Of a stretch of DNA of 64,000 bases, positions 1 through 9,485 are shown one piece after another. The position numbers and the translations under genes were made by a program. The stretch covers positions 2,112,001-2,176,000 of the forward strand of contig OZ244561.1 of the NCBI GenBank assembly GCA_965217585.1, given 5' to 3'. How positions within the stretch are numbered: position 1 is the stretch's first letter; the number at the start of each line of letters is the position of its first letter. The notes below the pieces were generated by a model, which did no database searches, was not told the DNA's origin, and was given only the letters and a program-made list of their open reading frames with translations. Source of the stretch: Candidatus Latescibacterota bacterium (lineage in GTDB: Bacteria > Latescibacterota > UBA2968 > UBA8231).

Positions 1-1
1 G

Positions 2-451
2 CTCTCCTCGCTCAACGCCCGCGACGCCCTGCCCGGCGAGGGGTTACAGGGGTTACACGCCGACTGGGGGGCAGACTACGACGGCCAGTTTCACGTCTGC
101 AATTCGGTCTGGCTACTGGACGACTTCAGCGAGGAAAACGGCTGCACTCGGCTGGTGCCCGGCTCGCATAAAGGCCAGCACCCGAGCAAAGTCCTGAAAG
201 ACGCGCAAGCACCCCATCCCGATGAAGAGCTGCTCATCGCCCCGGCCGGCACGGTTGCCGTCTTCAACAGCCACACTTGGCACGGCGGCACCCGCAACCA
301 GAGCAAGGATCTGCCGCGCCGCGCCATGCACTGCTACTTCACTGCCCGCGAGCACGGCCAGCAGCTCAACCAGCGCGAGTATCTGCGCTACGAGACTTGG
401 AAGCGCATCTCGCCAGGGGCGCGCTATATCCTCGATGTGGATGTGGATTAG
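2..451 (+). CDS. Phytanoyl-CoA dioxygenase (PhyH) family protein, 5'-partial
   Basis: Frame open from window start: LHADW (HxD), VWLLDDFSEENGCTRLVPGSH, distal His in TWHGG. Confidence 0.9.
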   Translation, partial: LSSLNARDALPGEGLQGLHADWGADYDGQFHVCNSVWLLDDFSEENGCTRLVPGSHKGQHPSKVLKDAQAPHPDEELLIAPAGTVAVFNSHTWHGGTRNQSKDLPRRAMHCYFTAREHGQQLNQREYLRYETWKRISPGARYILDVDVD

Positions 452-588
452 TTTGCGGCCACCTGCCTAAATCGCTCGACTAAACCCGCTTACTTCGACA
501 GACGGCTGGGACGCATCGATTGCTCCCGTGGTGTTCACATCCATCTCGATTCTGCGTAGATTGACTCCCATTCCCTAGGAGGTGGTAA

Positions 589-1005
589 ATGAAGCTCTCA
601 CATCCGGTCGTTGACCTGTGCATAGTGTGCAGCAACTTTGAAGAATCGTTGAAGTTCTATCGGGATACATTGGGATTCGAGGTGGTGCTCGACATCGACA
701 TCCCCGAAGACCTAGCGACGGGGATCGGGCTGGCACCGCAAGGCTTCAGACAGGTGCGCCTGCAGGCGGGAGAGACGCTGATCAAGCTGATGGAGATCGC
801 CGCGCCGCCGCCACAGCGAACTTCCCAATTTGCCGCTGGGGTACGCTGGCTCACCTTCTTCGTTGCCGACGTGAAGGCGGAGTGCGCCGCATTGCAGGCC
901 AAAGGCGTGGAATTCCTGTCCGAGCCTATGGCCGCCCCAGATACGCCGGGCGTCGTCTGTACCCTGGACCCCGACGGGATCCTCATCGAACTCGTTCAGC
1001 GATGA
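589..1005 (+). CDS. VOC/glyoxalase family protein
   Basis: SLKFYRDTLGF and DPDGILIELV motifs; AGGAGG RBS. Confidence 0.9.
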   Translation: MKLSHPVVDLCIVCSNFEESLKFYRDTLGFEVVLDIDIPEDLATGIGLAPQGFRQVRLQAGETLIKLMEIAAPPPQRTSQFAAGVRWLTFFVADVKAECAALQAKGVEFLSEPMAAPDTPGVVCTLDPDGILIELVQR

Positions 1006-2138
1006 AGATAGCAGACATTCGCACAATACCCCTGGTGGGAGCCACGCCCGACGGTGGATGGGAGCAGGGGTACGACCCCGGCGATAACCTGCACACGCTC
1101 TTGGAGATCGTCACCGACGAAGGGGTTACCGGTCTGGGTTCCGTCTTTACCTCCGCCCGCCTAGTGTCGGGGTCGCTCGCGCTGCTGCGCCCCATGCTGA
1201 TTGGCGAGTCCATCGAGCCGGCGCGGGTCGCCGAGAAGCTGCATCAGGCCACCTTCTGGCAGGGCCGGGGCGGTGCCGTCACCCACGCCATTTCCGGCAT
1301 CGACATTGCCTTGTGGGACCTCTTTGGCAAGATCACATCCCAGCCCATTTCGCGCCTGTTGGGCGGGCGCTATCGGGAGCGCATCAAGCCGTATGGATCG
1401 CTCATCATGGCCGAGCCCGACGAATTGATGCCGAGGCTTCAAGCCGCGGTGGACAGGGGATTTCGCGCGATCAAGATGGGCTGGGGACCGTTCGGTCGCG
1501 TGTCGAGAACGCTCGACGAAAACATCGTCAGTACCGCCCGTGAGACCGTCGGCCCGGATGTCGAGCTGATGGTCGATGCGGGGGGCTCCGATCAGTACTG
1601 GCCGCACGGCTACAAATGGGCGATCGAAACCGCCCGCATGCTCGCCAGCTATGATGTCGCTTGGTTCGAGGAAGCCCTGCGTCCCGACGATATCGAAGGG
1701 TACATCAAACTCACTGAGCACGCTCCCCTGCCGATTACGGGCTGCGAGGTGTTGACGCGCCGGCAGTCCTTCCTCCCCTGGATCGAGCGCCGAGCGGTTG
1801 ACTACATCCAACCCGACGTCACCAAGGTCGGCGGCCTCACCGAGGAGTTTCGCATTGCGATGTACGCCTACGACCACTCGGTGCTCTTCGTTCCGCACGG
1901 CTGGAATACCGCCGTCGGACTGGCGGCCGACCTTCAGCTAGTGGCGGCCGTGCCGACCGCCCGTTGGGTAGAATACATCACCCCGTCCCCCTATATTGAG
2001 GACCTCGTCAGCGCGCCCTTTTCTCTCGACGAGGAAGGCTTCCTGACCATCTCCGACCAGCCTGGTTTGGGTGTTACTTGGAATGACGAAGGGATTGAAA
2101 AGCACTCGGGGATGAGGCTCACGCCTTCAGCTTTGTAG
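1002..2138 (+). CDS. Mandelate racemase/muconate lactonizing (enolase superfamily) enzyme
   Basis: Start MKIADI overlaps upstream stop (ATGA); ISGIDIALWDL, KxG, LMVDA, WFEE, QPDV motifs. Confidence 0.9.
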   Translation: MKIADIRTIPLVGATPDGGWEQGYDPGDNLHTLLEIVTDEGVTGLGSVFTSARLVSGSLALLRPMLIGESIEPARVAEKLHQATFWQGRGGAVTHAISGIDIALWDLFGKITSQPISRLLGGRYRERIKPYGSLIMAEPDELMPRLQAAVDRGFRAIKMGWGPFGRVSRTLDENIVSTARETVGPDVELMVDAGGSDQYWPHGYKWAIETARMLASYDVAWFEEALRPDDIEGYIKLTEHAPLPITGCEVLTRRQSFLPWIERRAVDYIQPDVTKVGGLTEEFRIAMYAYDHSVLFVPHGWNTAVGLAADLQLVAAVPTARWVEYITPSPYIEDLVSAPFSLDEEGFLTISDQPGLGVTWNDEGIEKHSGMRLTPSAL

Positions 2139-2156
2139 CGGTGCGATAAAGAGCAA

Positions 2157-2924
2157 ATGGGCATCCTCGACCGCTTTTCCCTCCTCGACCGCAAGGCACT
2201 AGTCACCGGCGGTGGCTCTGGCATTGGGCAGGCCCTCGCCGTCGCCCTCGCCGAGGCGGGTGCGGACGTGGCCATTGCCGACATCAACGCCGCTGGCACT
2301 GCTGACACCTGTGCTCGGATCGAAAACCTCGGTCGCCAGACGCTAGCTATCGCCGCAGATGTCACCGCCAAGGACCAAGTCGAAAACATGGTCGATACCG
2401 TCCTCGCCGCTTGGGGTCGGCTGGACATCGGCGTCAATAGCGCCGGCATTGCCTTGCGCGGCCCCATCGAGGACATCAGCGAGGCCGATTGGGACCGGGT
2501 CCTCGACCTCGACCTCAAGGCCGTTTTCCTCTGCTGTCAGGCCGAGGGCCGCGCCATGCTGCAACGAGGCTCCGGCTCGATCATCAACGTCGTCTCGATC
2601 TCGTCCCACACCGTCAATCGCCCCCAACAGCACGGCCATTACAACGCCGCCAAGGCAGGTGCCTACCAGCTAACTAGAGTATGCGCCGCAGAATGGGCCG
2701 CGCGCGGCGTCCGCGTCAATTCCATCAGCCCCGGCCACACGCTCACCCCCATGACCGCTCACGCCGCAGACGACATGAAAAACGCTTGGCTCGCCAATAC
2801 CCCGATGGGCCGTCTAGGCGTCCCTGCCGACTACCAAGGGGCCGTCGTCTTCCTCGCTTCGGACGCCTCTGCTTACGCGACCGGCCACGACTTGGTCGTC
2901 GATGGCGGGTACACGCTCTGGTAA
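2157..2924 (+). CDS. SDR family oxidoreductase
   Basis: TGGGSGIG, NSAG, YNAAK, VDGG. Confidence 0.93.
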   Translation: MGILDRFSLLDRKALVTGGGSGIGQALAVALAEAGADVAIADINAAGTADTCARIENLGRQTLAIAADVTAKDQVENMVDTVLAAWGRLDIGVNSAGIALRGPIEDISEADWDRVLDLDLKAVFLCCQAEGRAMLQRGSGSIINVVSISSHTVNRPQQHGHYNAAKAGAYQLTRVCAAEWAARGVRVNSISPGHTLTPMTAHAADDMKNAWLANTPMGRLGVPADYQGAVVFLASDASAYATGHDLVVDGGYTLW

Positions 2925-2926
2925 GG

Positions 2927-4240
2927 CTAGTCGTAGTATTCGTGCCCCAAGTGGGTAATCAGGTCTTCGTCCTGCAAGAAGCGTAGCGTGTTCTTGAGCT
3001 TCATTAGCTGAATAAAAAGATCGTGCTCGGGGTAGAGGTCGGGCGCAGTCATCGGGCTTTTGAAGTAAAAAGAGAGCCACTCTTGAATCCCCGCCATCTG
3101 CGCTCGCTGCGCCAAGTCGGTAAACAGCACCAAGTCCAAGACCAGCGGCGCGGCGAGGATCGAATCGCGGCAGAGGAAATCGACCTTGATCTGCATGGGC
3201 ATGCCCAGCCAGCCGAAGATGTCGATGTTGTCCCAACCCTCTTTCTCGTCGCCGCGCGGAGGATAGTAGTTGATCCGCACTTTGTGGTAAATATCGCCGT
3301 AGAGCTGGGGGTAGAGGCTGGGCTGCAGGATGAACTCCAGCACGTCGAGCTTGCTGACTTCCTTGGTCTTGAACGAATCGGGATCGTCGAGCACCTCGCC
3401 GTCGCGATTGCCCAAGATGTTGGTCGAAAACCAGCCCCGCACGCCGAGCATCCGCGCCTTGAGGCCAGGGGCTAGCAGGGTCTTCATCAGGGTCTGGCCG
3501 GTCTTGAAGTCCTTGCCGCCGATGGGGACGCCCTTTTGCCGCGCCAATTCGACCATGGCCGGGATATCCACAGTCAAGTTCGGTGCGCCGTTTAGGAAGG
3601 GCACACCTTCCTGTAGCGCGGCGTAGGCGTAGATCATGCTCGGGGGAATGGCCGGGTGGTTTTCCCGGATGGCTTTTTCGAGGCTCTCGATCTCGTTGTG
3701 TACTTCGTGGTGCTCCATGAAAATCTCCGTGCTGCCGCACCAGATCATCACCAGCCGCTCGACGCGGTTGTCGGCCTTGAAGCGCTGGATATCTTCGCGC
3801 ACTTCCAGCACGGCATCCCACTTGCTCTTGGCGCTTTTGACGTTAGAGCCTTCGAGGCGGCGCACGTAGTTGCGGTCGAAAACTGCGGGCATCGGCTTGA
3901 CGGCTTTGAGCGGATCCACTAGCTGGTCGAGCAGCGTCTTGTCCAAGACACCGGCGTGGATGGCCGAATCATAGGCATCCTCTGGAAAGACATCCCAGCC
4001 GCCGAAGACCAGGCTGTCGATGCCGGCCAGAGGCACGAAGTCCTTGATGAGCGGCGAGCGTCCTTCGGTGCGCTTGCCTAGGCGGATGGTGCCCATCTGG
4101 GTCAGCGAGCCAATGGGCTGGCCGATGCCGGCTTTGATGGCTTCGACGCCGGCGATAACCGTGGTGGCCACCGCGCCCATGCCGGGGATTAGGACGCCGA
4201 GTTTGCCTGTGGCCGGGGCGATGGATGTGGGTTGGTTCAC
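2927..4240 (-). CDS. ino1: myo-inositol-1-phosphate synthase
   Basis: GMGAVATT, GKDFKTGQT, STNILGNRDG, CRDSILAAP, LSFYFKSP. Confidence 0.95.
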   Translation of the reverse strand: MNQPTSIAPATGKLGVLIPGMGAVATTVIAGVEAIKAGIGQPIGSLTQMGTIRLGKRTEGRSPLIKDFVPLAGIDSLVFGGWDVFPEDAYDSAIHAGVLDKTLLDQLVDPLKAVKPMPAVFDRNYVRRLEGSNVKSAKSKWDAVLEVREDIQRFKADNRVERLVMIWCGSTEIFMEHHEVHNEIESLEKAIRENHPAIPPSMIYAYAALQEGVPFLNGAPNLTVDIPAMVELARQKGVPIGGKDFKTGQTLMKTLLAPGLKARMLGVRGWFSTNILGNRDGEVLDDPDSFKTKEVSKLDVLEFILQPSLYPQLYGDIYHKVRINYYPPRGDEKEGWDNIDIFGWLGMPMQIKVDFLCRDSILAAPLVLDLVLFTDLAQRAQMAGIQEWLSFYFKSPMTAPDLYPEHDLFIQLMKLKNTLRFLQDEDLITHLGHEYYD

Positions 4241-4409
4241 GAGTGCCTCCTTTTGTATTGAAGAATGGTGTCGTTCGCCGCCAGCTAAAATTAGAGGGTT
4301 CTATCCATTGGGCAAATTGATTATTGCTATATAATTAATAGAAAAAATTAATATATCTTGTATGGTAACGGGAGCGGACCAGTCCAGCGAAAGCGCAGAA
4401 GGGCGAGAA

Positions 4410-5405
4410 TTAGGCGGCGAGGCGTTCTGGATCGGTGTCGCGCAGTTCCGCAAGGCGCGCCAACAAGGGGGTTAGCTCCTTGTAGCTGGCCAGTTCGGCT
4501 CTGAGCTGCGCCGCGCCGCGCAGACCGCGAAAGTACCCGGCGTAGTGACGTCGCATGCCGACCAGCGCCTCCTGCGGGCCGCCGTGCTCAACGGCCAGCC
4601 GCAGGTGCTTGAGGCACAGCTCGGCGCGCTCCTGCCAGCTTGGTTCGGGCAAGAGCGCACCTGTCTTTAGGTAGTGCTGGGATTCGCGGAAAATCCACGG
4701 ATGGCGGATGGCGCCGCGGCCGATCATCACCCCGTCGCACCCCGTGCTGTCGAAGGCGTGTTTGACCGTCTGCGGCGAGGTCAGGTCGCCGTTGAGAATG
4801 ATCGGCATCGAGATCGCCGCCTTGACCTTGGGTATCCACTCGTAGTCCACCGCGCCCTTGTGGCCTTGGGCTCGGGTGCGGCAGTGAATGGCCAGCGCCT
4901 GCACGCCCAGATCCTCGAGCATCTGGGCTACCTCGACGATGCGGATGCTCTGCTGGTCCCAGCCGAGGCGCGTCTTCACGGTCACCGGCAGATGCGTTGC
5001 GCCAATGACGCGCGAGACGACCTCCTTCATCTGCGGCAAGTCGCGCAAAAGCCCGGCCCCGGCCCCGCGCAACGCCACATTGCTCACCCAGCAGCCGCAG
5101 TTGATGTCGATGAAGTCTGGATTCTGCGCACTGGCGATCTCGGTGGCTTGCTCCATAGACAGCGAGGCCGCGCCGTAGAGCTGGATCGCCAAGGGCCGTT
5201 CAGCTTCTGAGAAGCGCAGCTTGCGAAAAGCGCGGCGCGGCCCGTTGGGATCTTCGCGCAACAGCCCCTCGGCATTGACGAATTCAGTGTACGCGATATC
5301 GGCACCCAGTTCCCTGCAAATCAGGCGGAAGGGTAGCTGTGAGACATCCTCCATGGGCGCTAGCAGGATGCCGGGATCAGCGGTTATTGGGCCGATGCGG
5401 AACAT
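4410..5405 (-). CDS. dusB: tRNA-dihydrouridine synthase (DusB-like)
   Basis: LAPMEDVS, IDINCGC, TVKTRLGW, HCRT, NGD, MIGRGA; ATG 5405 overlaps upstream TAA. Confidence 0.88.
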   Translation of the reverse strand: MFRIGPITADPGILLAPMEDVSQLPFRLICRELGADIAYTEFVNAEGLLREDPNGPRRAFRKLRFSEAERPLAIQLYGAASLSMEQATEIASAQNPDFIDINCGCWVSNVALRGAGAGLLRDLPQMKEVVSRVIGATHLPVTVKTRLGWDQQSIRIVEVAQMLEDLGVQALAIHCRTRAQGHKGAVDYEWIPKVKAAISMPIILNGDLTSPQTVKHAFDSTGCDGVMIGRGAIRHPWIFRESQHYLKTGALLPEPSWQERAELCLKHLRLAVEHGGPQEALVGMRRHYAGYFRGLRGAAQLRAELASYKELTPLLARLAELRDTDPERLAA

Positions 5406-5719
5406 TATTTTAGGGTCGAATAGGGCAATGCTTTCATCACTCGCACCTCCCGCCGGCGGATTAGCGGGCGGATCTGATCGACGATCTTGGCCCATTCCGG
5501 GCTGGCGTAATACGCGTCGATAGCCTTGTCGCGGGCCTTGGCGTTGGGGAAGGCGCGAATCCAGATGAACTCATCGTCGCGGTCGGGATTTTCCCACGCG
5601 GCGACAAACGTCACGCCGTACTTGGACATAAAGCGGCGCGCCTTGGTAAAGCCGGCGAGGAATTTCTTCTTGTTGTCGGCTCCCTTATGGAAGCGGTAGA
5701 TGCGCAATTCGTAGATCAT
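5405..5719 (-). CDS. NIPSNAP family protein
   Basis: MIYELRIY start and FIWIRAF...YASPEW pattern; 104 aa, coupled to both neighbours. Confidence 0.85.
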   Translation of the reverse strand: MIYELRIYRFHKGADNKKKFLAGFTKARRFMSKYGVTFVAAWENPDRDDEFIWIRAFPNAKARDKAIDAYYASPEWAKIVDQIRPLIRRREVRVMKALPYSTLK

Positions 5720-6312
5720 GCGGTCCCTCCTTGGTAAATGGCGGTTGCGGCGACGACCATGTCCATGAGCACATCGTGCGGCTCGCCGGGAATGCAGTCT
5801 AGGACTAGCTCGTCGTAGCACAGCCCTATTTTGATGGTTTGCACTTGCGCTAAAAAGCGGTCGTAGTAGCCGCCGCCCCAGCCGATGCGATGCCCGCGCC
5901 GGTCGAAGGCAAGGCCCGGTACTACGACCAAGTCGATGCGAGCTTCTGAGGGCAGCCAAATGGCCGCGGCGGGATCGGGTTGTGCCAGTCCCCAAGGGCC
6001 GACGGCGAACTGGTCTAGGCTGTCGACCAGCGCGTGGGCCATCGTCCTCGTGCCCGGCATCACCACCGGCACAGCCACCCGCTTGCCCTGCGCTAGGCAA
6101 GTGCCGATCAACGCGCGAGTATCGACCTCGTTTTCCTTGCTGGAGACATAGGTATGGACGAGCTTGGCCCGGCGGTACGCCTCTAGGCCCAAGACCTTCT
6201 CTAGTATGGCCTGCCCGCCGCCCTCTACTTGGCCGCGATCCAAACCCATGCGCGCAGCTAAGACGCGCTTCCTGAGCCGTTCTTTGCGGGCGCGCGTCGC
6301 CTCATTCTTCAT
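5716..6312 (-). CDS. ygfA: 5-formyltetrahydrofolate cyclo-ligase
   Basis: KERLRK, EVDT, VVPGLAFDRRGHRIGWGGGYYDRFL. Confidence 0.95.
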   Translation of the reverse strand: MKNEATRARKERLRKRVLAARMGLDRGQVEGGGQAILEKVLGLEAYRRAKLVHTYVSSKENEVDTRALIGTCLAQGKRVAVPVVMPGTRTMAHALVDSLDQFAVGPWGLAQPDPAAAIWLPSEARIDLVVVPGLAFDRRGHRIGWGGGYYDRFLAQVQTIKIGLCYDELVLDCIPGEPHDVLMDMVVAATAIYQGGTA

Positions 6313-6319
6313 AAATTAC

Positions 6320-6348
6320 ATAATACTGGCCCCTAGAAAGGGCGTCAA
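6320..6348 (-). promoter_or_regulatory. Sigma70-type promoter, probably giving a leaderless ygfA mRNA
   Basis: Minus strand TTGACG-17 nt-TATTAT, then 7 nt to the ATG; no Shine-Dalgarno. Confidence 0.65.
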
Positions 6349-6507
6349 GCGCATCTGGCACCTAGGCTTGCTTGACGAATATGAGCCTTTCCCCTAGATT
6401 GACCAAGATGGGCGCGGCCTTGTTTTCTTAAGGCGGGACGCGCCCGAATTTATGACAGTGGCCGTGGATGGCGCCACAGAAACCCACCGAAGCATCCTTA
6501 TTACGCT

Positions 6508-7314
6508 ATGAGTGCTCAGGCTCTGCCGCTGGAAATTTCTCCGCGAGAATACCACCCAGTAAAACCCCTCAATCCCGAAGAGGACTTCCGCATCCAGCAG
6601 TGCCTCAAGGACGAGGGGAACCTGCCTCAACACATCGCCATTATAATGGATGGCGATAGGCGCTGGGCGGTCGAGCGCAATCTGCCCAAGACCGAAGGGC
6701 ATCGCTTTGGCCGCGAGTCTGTGCGCGACATTGTCCGCGCCTGCGGCCAACTCCAAATCGAGGCTTTGACCCTGTACACCTTCTCGACGGAGAACTGGTC
6801 CCGGCCCGAAGCGGAAGTAGAAGAGCTGATGCAGTGGCTGCACGAAGCACTGCGCGACGAAGTGTCGGAACTCCACGAAAATAACGTATCTCTCAACGCC
6901 ATAGGCCGCACCGACGAGTTGTCTCCAATCATACAATTGGCCCTAGAGCACGCGCTCGCTCAGACCAAAGACAACACCGGTCTCAAGCTCAACTTGGCAC
7001 TCAACTACGGGGGCCGCAGCGAGCTAGTCGACGCCTTCCGCAAGCTGGCCGCCGCAGTGGCGGCTGGCCGGCTCAACCCAGAAGACATCGACGAGGAACA
7101 AATCAGCGGAGCCCTCTATACAGCCGACTTGCCCGACCCGGATTTGTTAATCCGCACCAGTGGCGAAATGCGACTGAGCAACTTCCTCCCTTGGCAGATG
7201 GTCTATACTGAAATTTGCTTTGTCGGCGATGTGCATTGGCCGGATTTTCGCCGCCAGCACCTCTACGAAGCCATTGCCGCCTATCAACAACGGCAGAGGC
7301 GCTTTGGCGGCTGA
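6508..7314 (+). CDS. uppS: Undecaprenyl diphosphate synthase (isoprenyl transferase)
   Basis: HIAIIMDG, FSTENWSRP, ALNYGGR, DLLIRTSGEMRLSNFL, RRFGG. Confidence 0.95.
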   Translation: MSAQALPLEISPREYHPVKPLNPEEDFRIQQCLKDEGNLPQHIAIIMDGDRRWAVERNLPKTEGHRFGRESVRDIVRACGQLQIEALTLYTFSTENWSRPEAEVEELMQWLHEALRDEVSELHENNVSLNAIGRTDELSPIIQLALEHALAQTKDNTGLKLNLALNYGGRSELVDAFRKLAAAVAAGRLNPEDIDEEQISGALYTADLPDPDLLIRTSGEMRLSNFLPWQMVYTEICFVGDVHWPDFRRQHLYEAIAAYQQRQRRFGG

Positions 7315-8140
7315 CACCGCGGCAGAGGCCTCCGGCCTGCGACAGCGCGTCCTCGCGGCTGCCGTCTTCGTGCCGGTGATTCTACTGCTGGTCGAAGGGG
7401 CTAGCTGGGCGCTCTTCCTCTTGGTGCTGGCCGTGGCCGCGCGCTGCTCGTGGGAATATCATCACATCCTAGAGGAGGCAGGCTACCAACCCATTCGCCT
7501 GCCGGGCACCTTGCTGGTCTTGGGTCTGTGCAGTTACTTCTGGCGACAGGGCACGGGCGATGACCTCGCTGCGTTGCTGATGGCGGCCATCTTACTGGTT
7601 GTGGTGTGGGCCTTGTTCCAAGGCACGGAGCGCTATGCGGCCAACGCCTTTCTGACGTTGGGCGGCGTGTTGTTCTTCGGCGTCTTAGGCAGTGCGCCGC
7701 TTTTGCTTTTTCAGGCGGCTGGTAAGGGAGAGGAGGCGCACCACTTGGTGGCCGTGCTCTTTCTCTGCATCTGGCTCACGGATTCCGGGGCGTACTTTAG
7801 CGGTCGGTTTTGGGGCCGGGCCAAGCTGGCACCGGCGATCAGCCCTAACAAGACGAGGGTCGGATGCATCGGCGGCGTAGTCGGCAGCACCCTTCCCATG
7901 CCCTTGGGCTTGCTGCTGCCCTCCTTTTCTACGGCGTCGCTGCTGGGGCTTTTGCTCGTCGCGGGCATCGGTGCGCAGGTAGGCGATTTGGTGGAGTCGG
8001 CCTTTAAGCGCGACATGGGCATCAAGGACGCGCCGATGCTAATCCCAGGCCACGGCGGCCTGCTCGACCGCTTTGACTCCTATTTTTTGGCCTTTCCGCT
8101 GGCGTATCTCTATGTGGATATGCTGGCCGTTTTTTCTTGA
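7304..8140 (+). CDS. cdsA: Phosphatidate cytidylyltransferase
   Basis: TDSGAYF, ISPNKT, GDLVESAFKR, IPGHGGLLDRFDS; probable TTG start. Confidence 0.93.
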   Translation: MAADTAAEASGLRQRVLAAAVFVPVILLLVEGASWALFLLVLAVAARCSWEYHHILEEAGYQPIRLPGTLLVLGLCSYFWRQGTGDDLAALLMAAILLVVVWALFQGTERYAANAFLTLGGVLFFGVLGSAPLLLFQAAGKGEEAHHLVAVLFLCIWLTDSGAYFSGRFWGRAKLAPAISPNKTRVGCIGGVVGSTLPMPLGLLLPSFSTASLLGLLLVAGIGAQVGDLVESAFKRDMGIKDAPMLIPGHGGLLDRFDSYFLAFPLAYLYVDMLAVFS

Positions 8141-8153
8141 GACGGATTAGAGT

Positions 8154-9464
8154 ATGCTCGATACCCTCACTACGATTGGCTCGTTTCTCCTCGCCCTAGG
8201 CGTCTTGGTCTTCGTCCACGAACTGGGTCACTTTTTGGTCGCCAAATGGGCGGGCATCCGCGTCGAGCGCTTTTCGTTGGGCTATCCGCCCAAAATGATC
8301 GGCTTTACCCGCGGCGAAACCGAGTACTGTATTTCTTGGATCCCTTTTGGCGGTTACGTCAAGGTAGCTGGTATGGCCGATGTGGGCAGCGAGGAAACCA
8401 CCGGCGCGCACTGGGAATTTCCCTCTAGGTCGGTGGGAATCCGCATGGCGGTCATTGCCGCCGGCCCGGCGATGAACTTCCTCTTCGCCTTCGTGGCCCT
8501 GATCTTCCTCTTTAGCGTTTACGGGATCGACTCCTTCGATAGTACCCGCGTCAGTCCCCAAGAGAATTCCCTCGCCGCCGAGGTCGGTCTGGTGCGCGGC
8601 GATCGCGTGCGCACCGTAGGAGGCACGCCCGTCGGCAATGCCTACGAGCTGGCCAGCGCCTTGGACGAGATCGAAAGCCGCGGTGCTACGCTCGAAATCG
8701 AACGCGACGGCATCCTCTTGAACTTCGACCTGCCGCCCGCCGGAAACGAGGGCTACGGCGTACAGCTAATGCGCCCCACGACGGTGGGACAGGTCGTGCC
8801 AGGGATGCCGGCCGATAGCCTCGGCCTGCAAGCGGGCGACATCATCCTCGCCGTCGGCCAAGCTCCGGTTGTGAGTTGGGCCGAGATGAGCGAGGAAATC
8901 CGCCGCTATCCGGGCGAGACGATTCCGTTGGTTTGGGAACGCGACGGCCAGCGCATGGAGCAGCTCATTACCCCAGCGGCCCGCGCCGAGGGCGACGCGT
9001 TCGTGGGTCGCATTGGCATCGGCCCGCAGGCCTCGCGCCACACCGTCGGGTTGGGCCGAGCGGTGGTGCTGGGGGGGCTGGGAGTGTACAATGCCTCTTG
9101 GCTGATCCTCGACTTTTTGGGCGAGCTTTTCCAAGGCGACCGCTCGACCGACGAATTGGGCGGCCCGTTGCGCATTGCCCAGCTAGCCGGACAGACCGCC
9201 GAGCAGGGCTTGCACTCCTTCGTCCGCTTTCTCGCCATACTCAGCGTCAACTTGGCGATTATCAACCTCCTGCCCATCCCCGTGCTCGACGGCGGCCATC
9301 TGACCTTCCTCACGCTAGAGGGCATCATGCGCCGACCGCTTTCGTTGCGCCAGCGCGAGGTCTTTCAGCAGATCGGCTTGGCCATGATGCTGTTAATCAT
9401 GGTGCTGGTCACGTTCAACGACCTCAATCAGATGGTCTTCCGCCGCATCGCGGAGATGTTCTAA
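8154..9464 (+). CDS. rseP: RIP metalloprotease RseP with PDZ domains
   Basis: HELGH, GGYVK, AGPAMN, NLLPIPVLDGGH. Confidence 0.95.
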   Translation: MLDTLTTIGSFLLALGVLVFVHELGHFLVAKWAGIRVERFSLGYPPKMIGFTRGETEYCISWIPFGGYVKVAGMADVGSEETTGAHWEFPSRSVGIRMAVIAAGPAMNFLFAFVALIFLFSVYGIDSFDSTRVSPQENSLAAEVGLVRGDRVRTVGGTPVGNAYELASALDEIESRGATLEIERDGILLNFDLPPAGNEGYGVQLMRPTTVGQVVPGMPADSLGLQAGDIILAVGQAPVVSWAEMSEEIRRYPGETIPLVWERDGQRMEQLITPAARAEGDAFVGRIGIGPQASRHTVGLGRAVVLGGLGVYNASWLILDFLGELFQGDRSTDELGGPLRIAQLAGQTAEQGLHSFVRFLAILSVNLAIINLLPIPVLDGGHLTFLTLEGIMRRPLSLRQREVFQQIGLAMMLLIMVLVTFNDLNQMVFRRIAEMF

Positions 9465-9485
9465 CAGCCGCTTGCGCGGCCCGGC

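Noticed and set aside
6313-6507. 6S RNA upstream of ygfA
   Set aside because: A promoter abuts the ATG and I see no long rod-like self-complementarity
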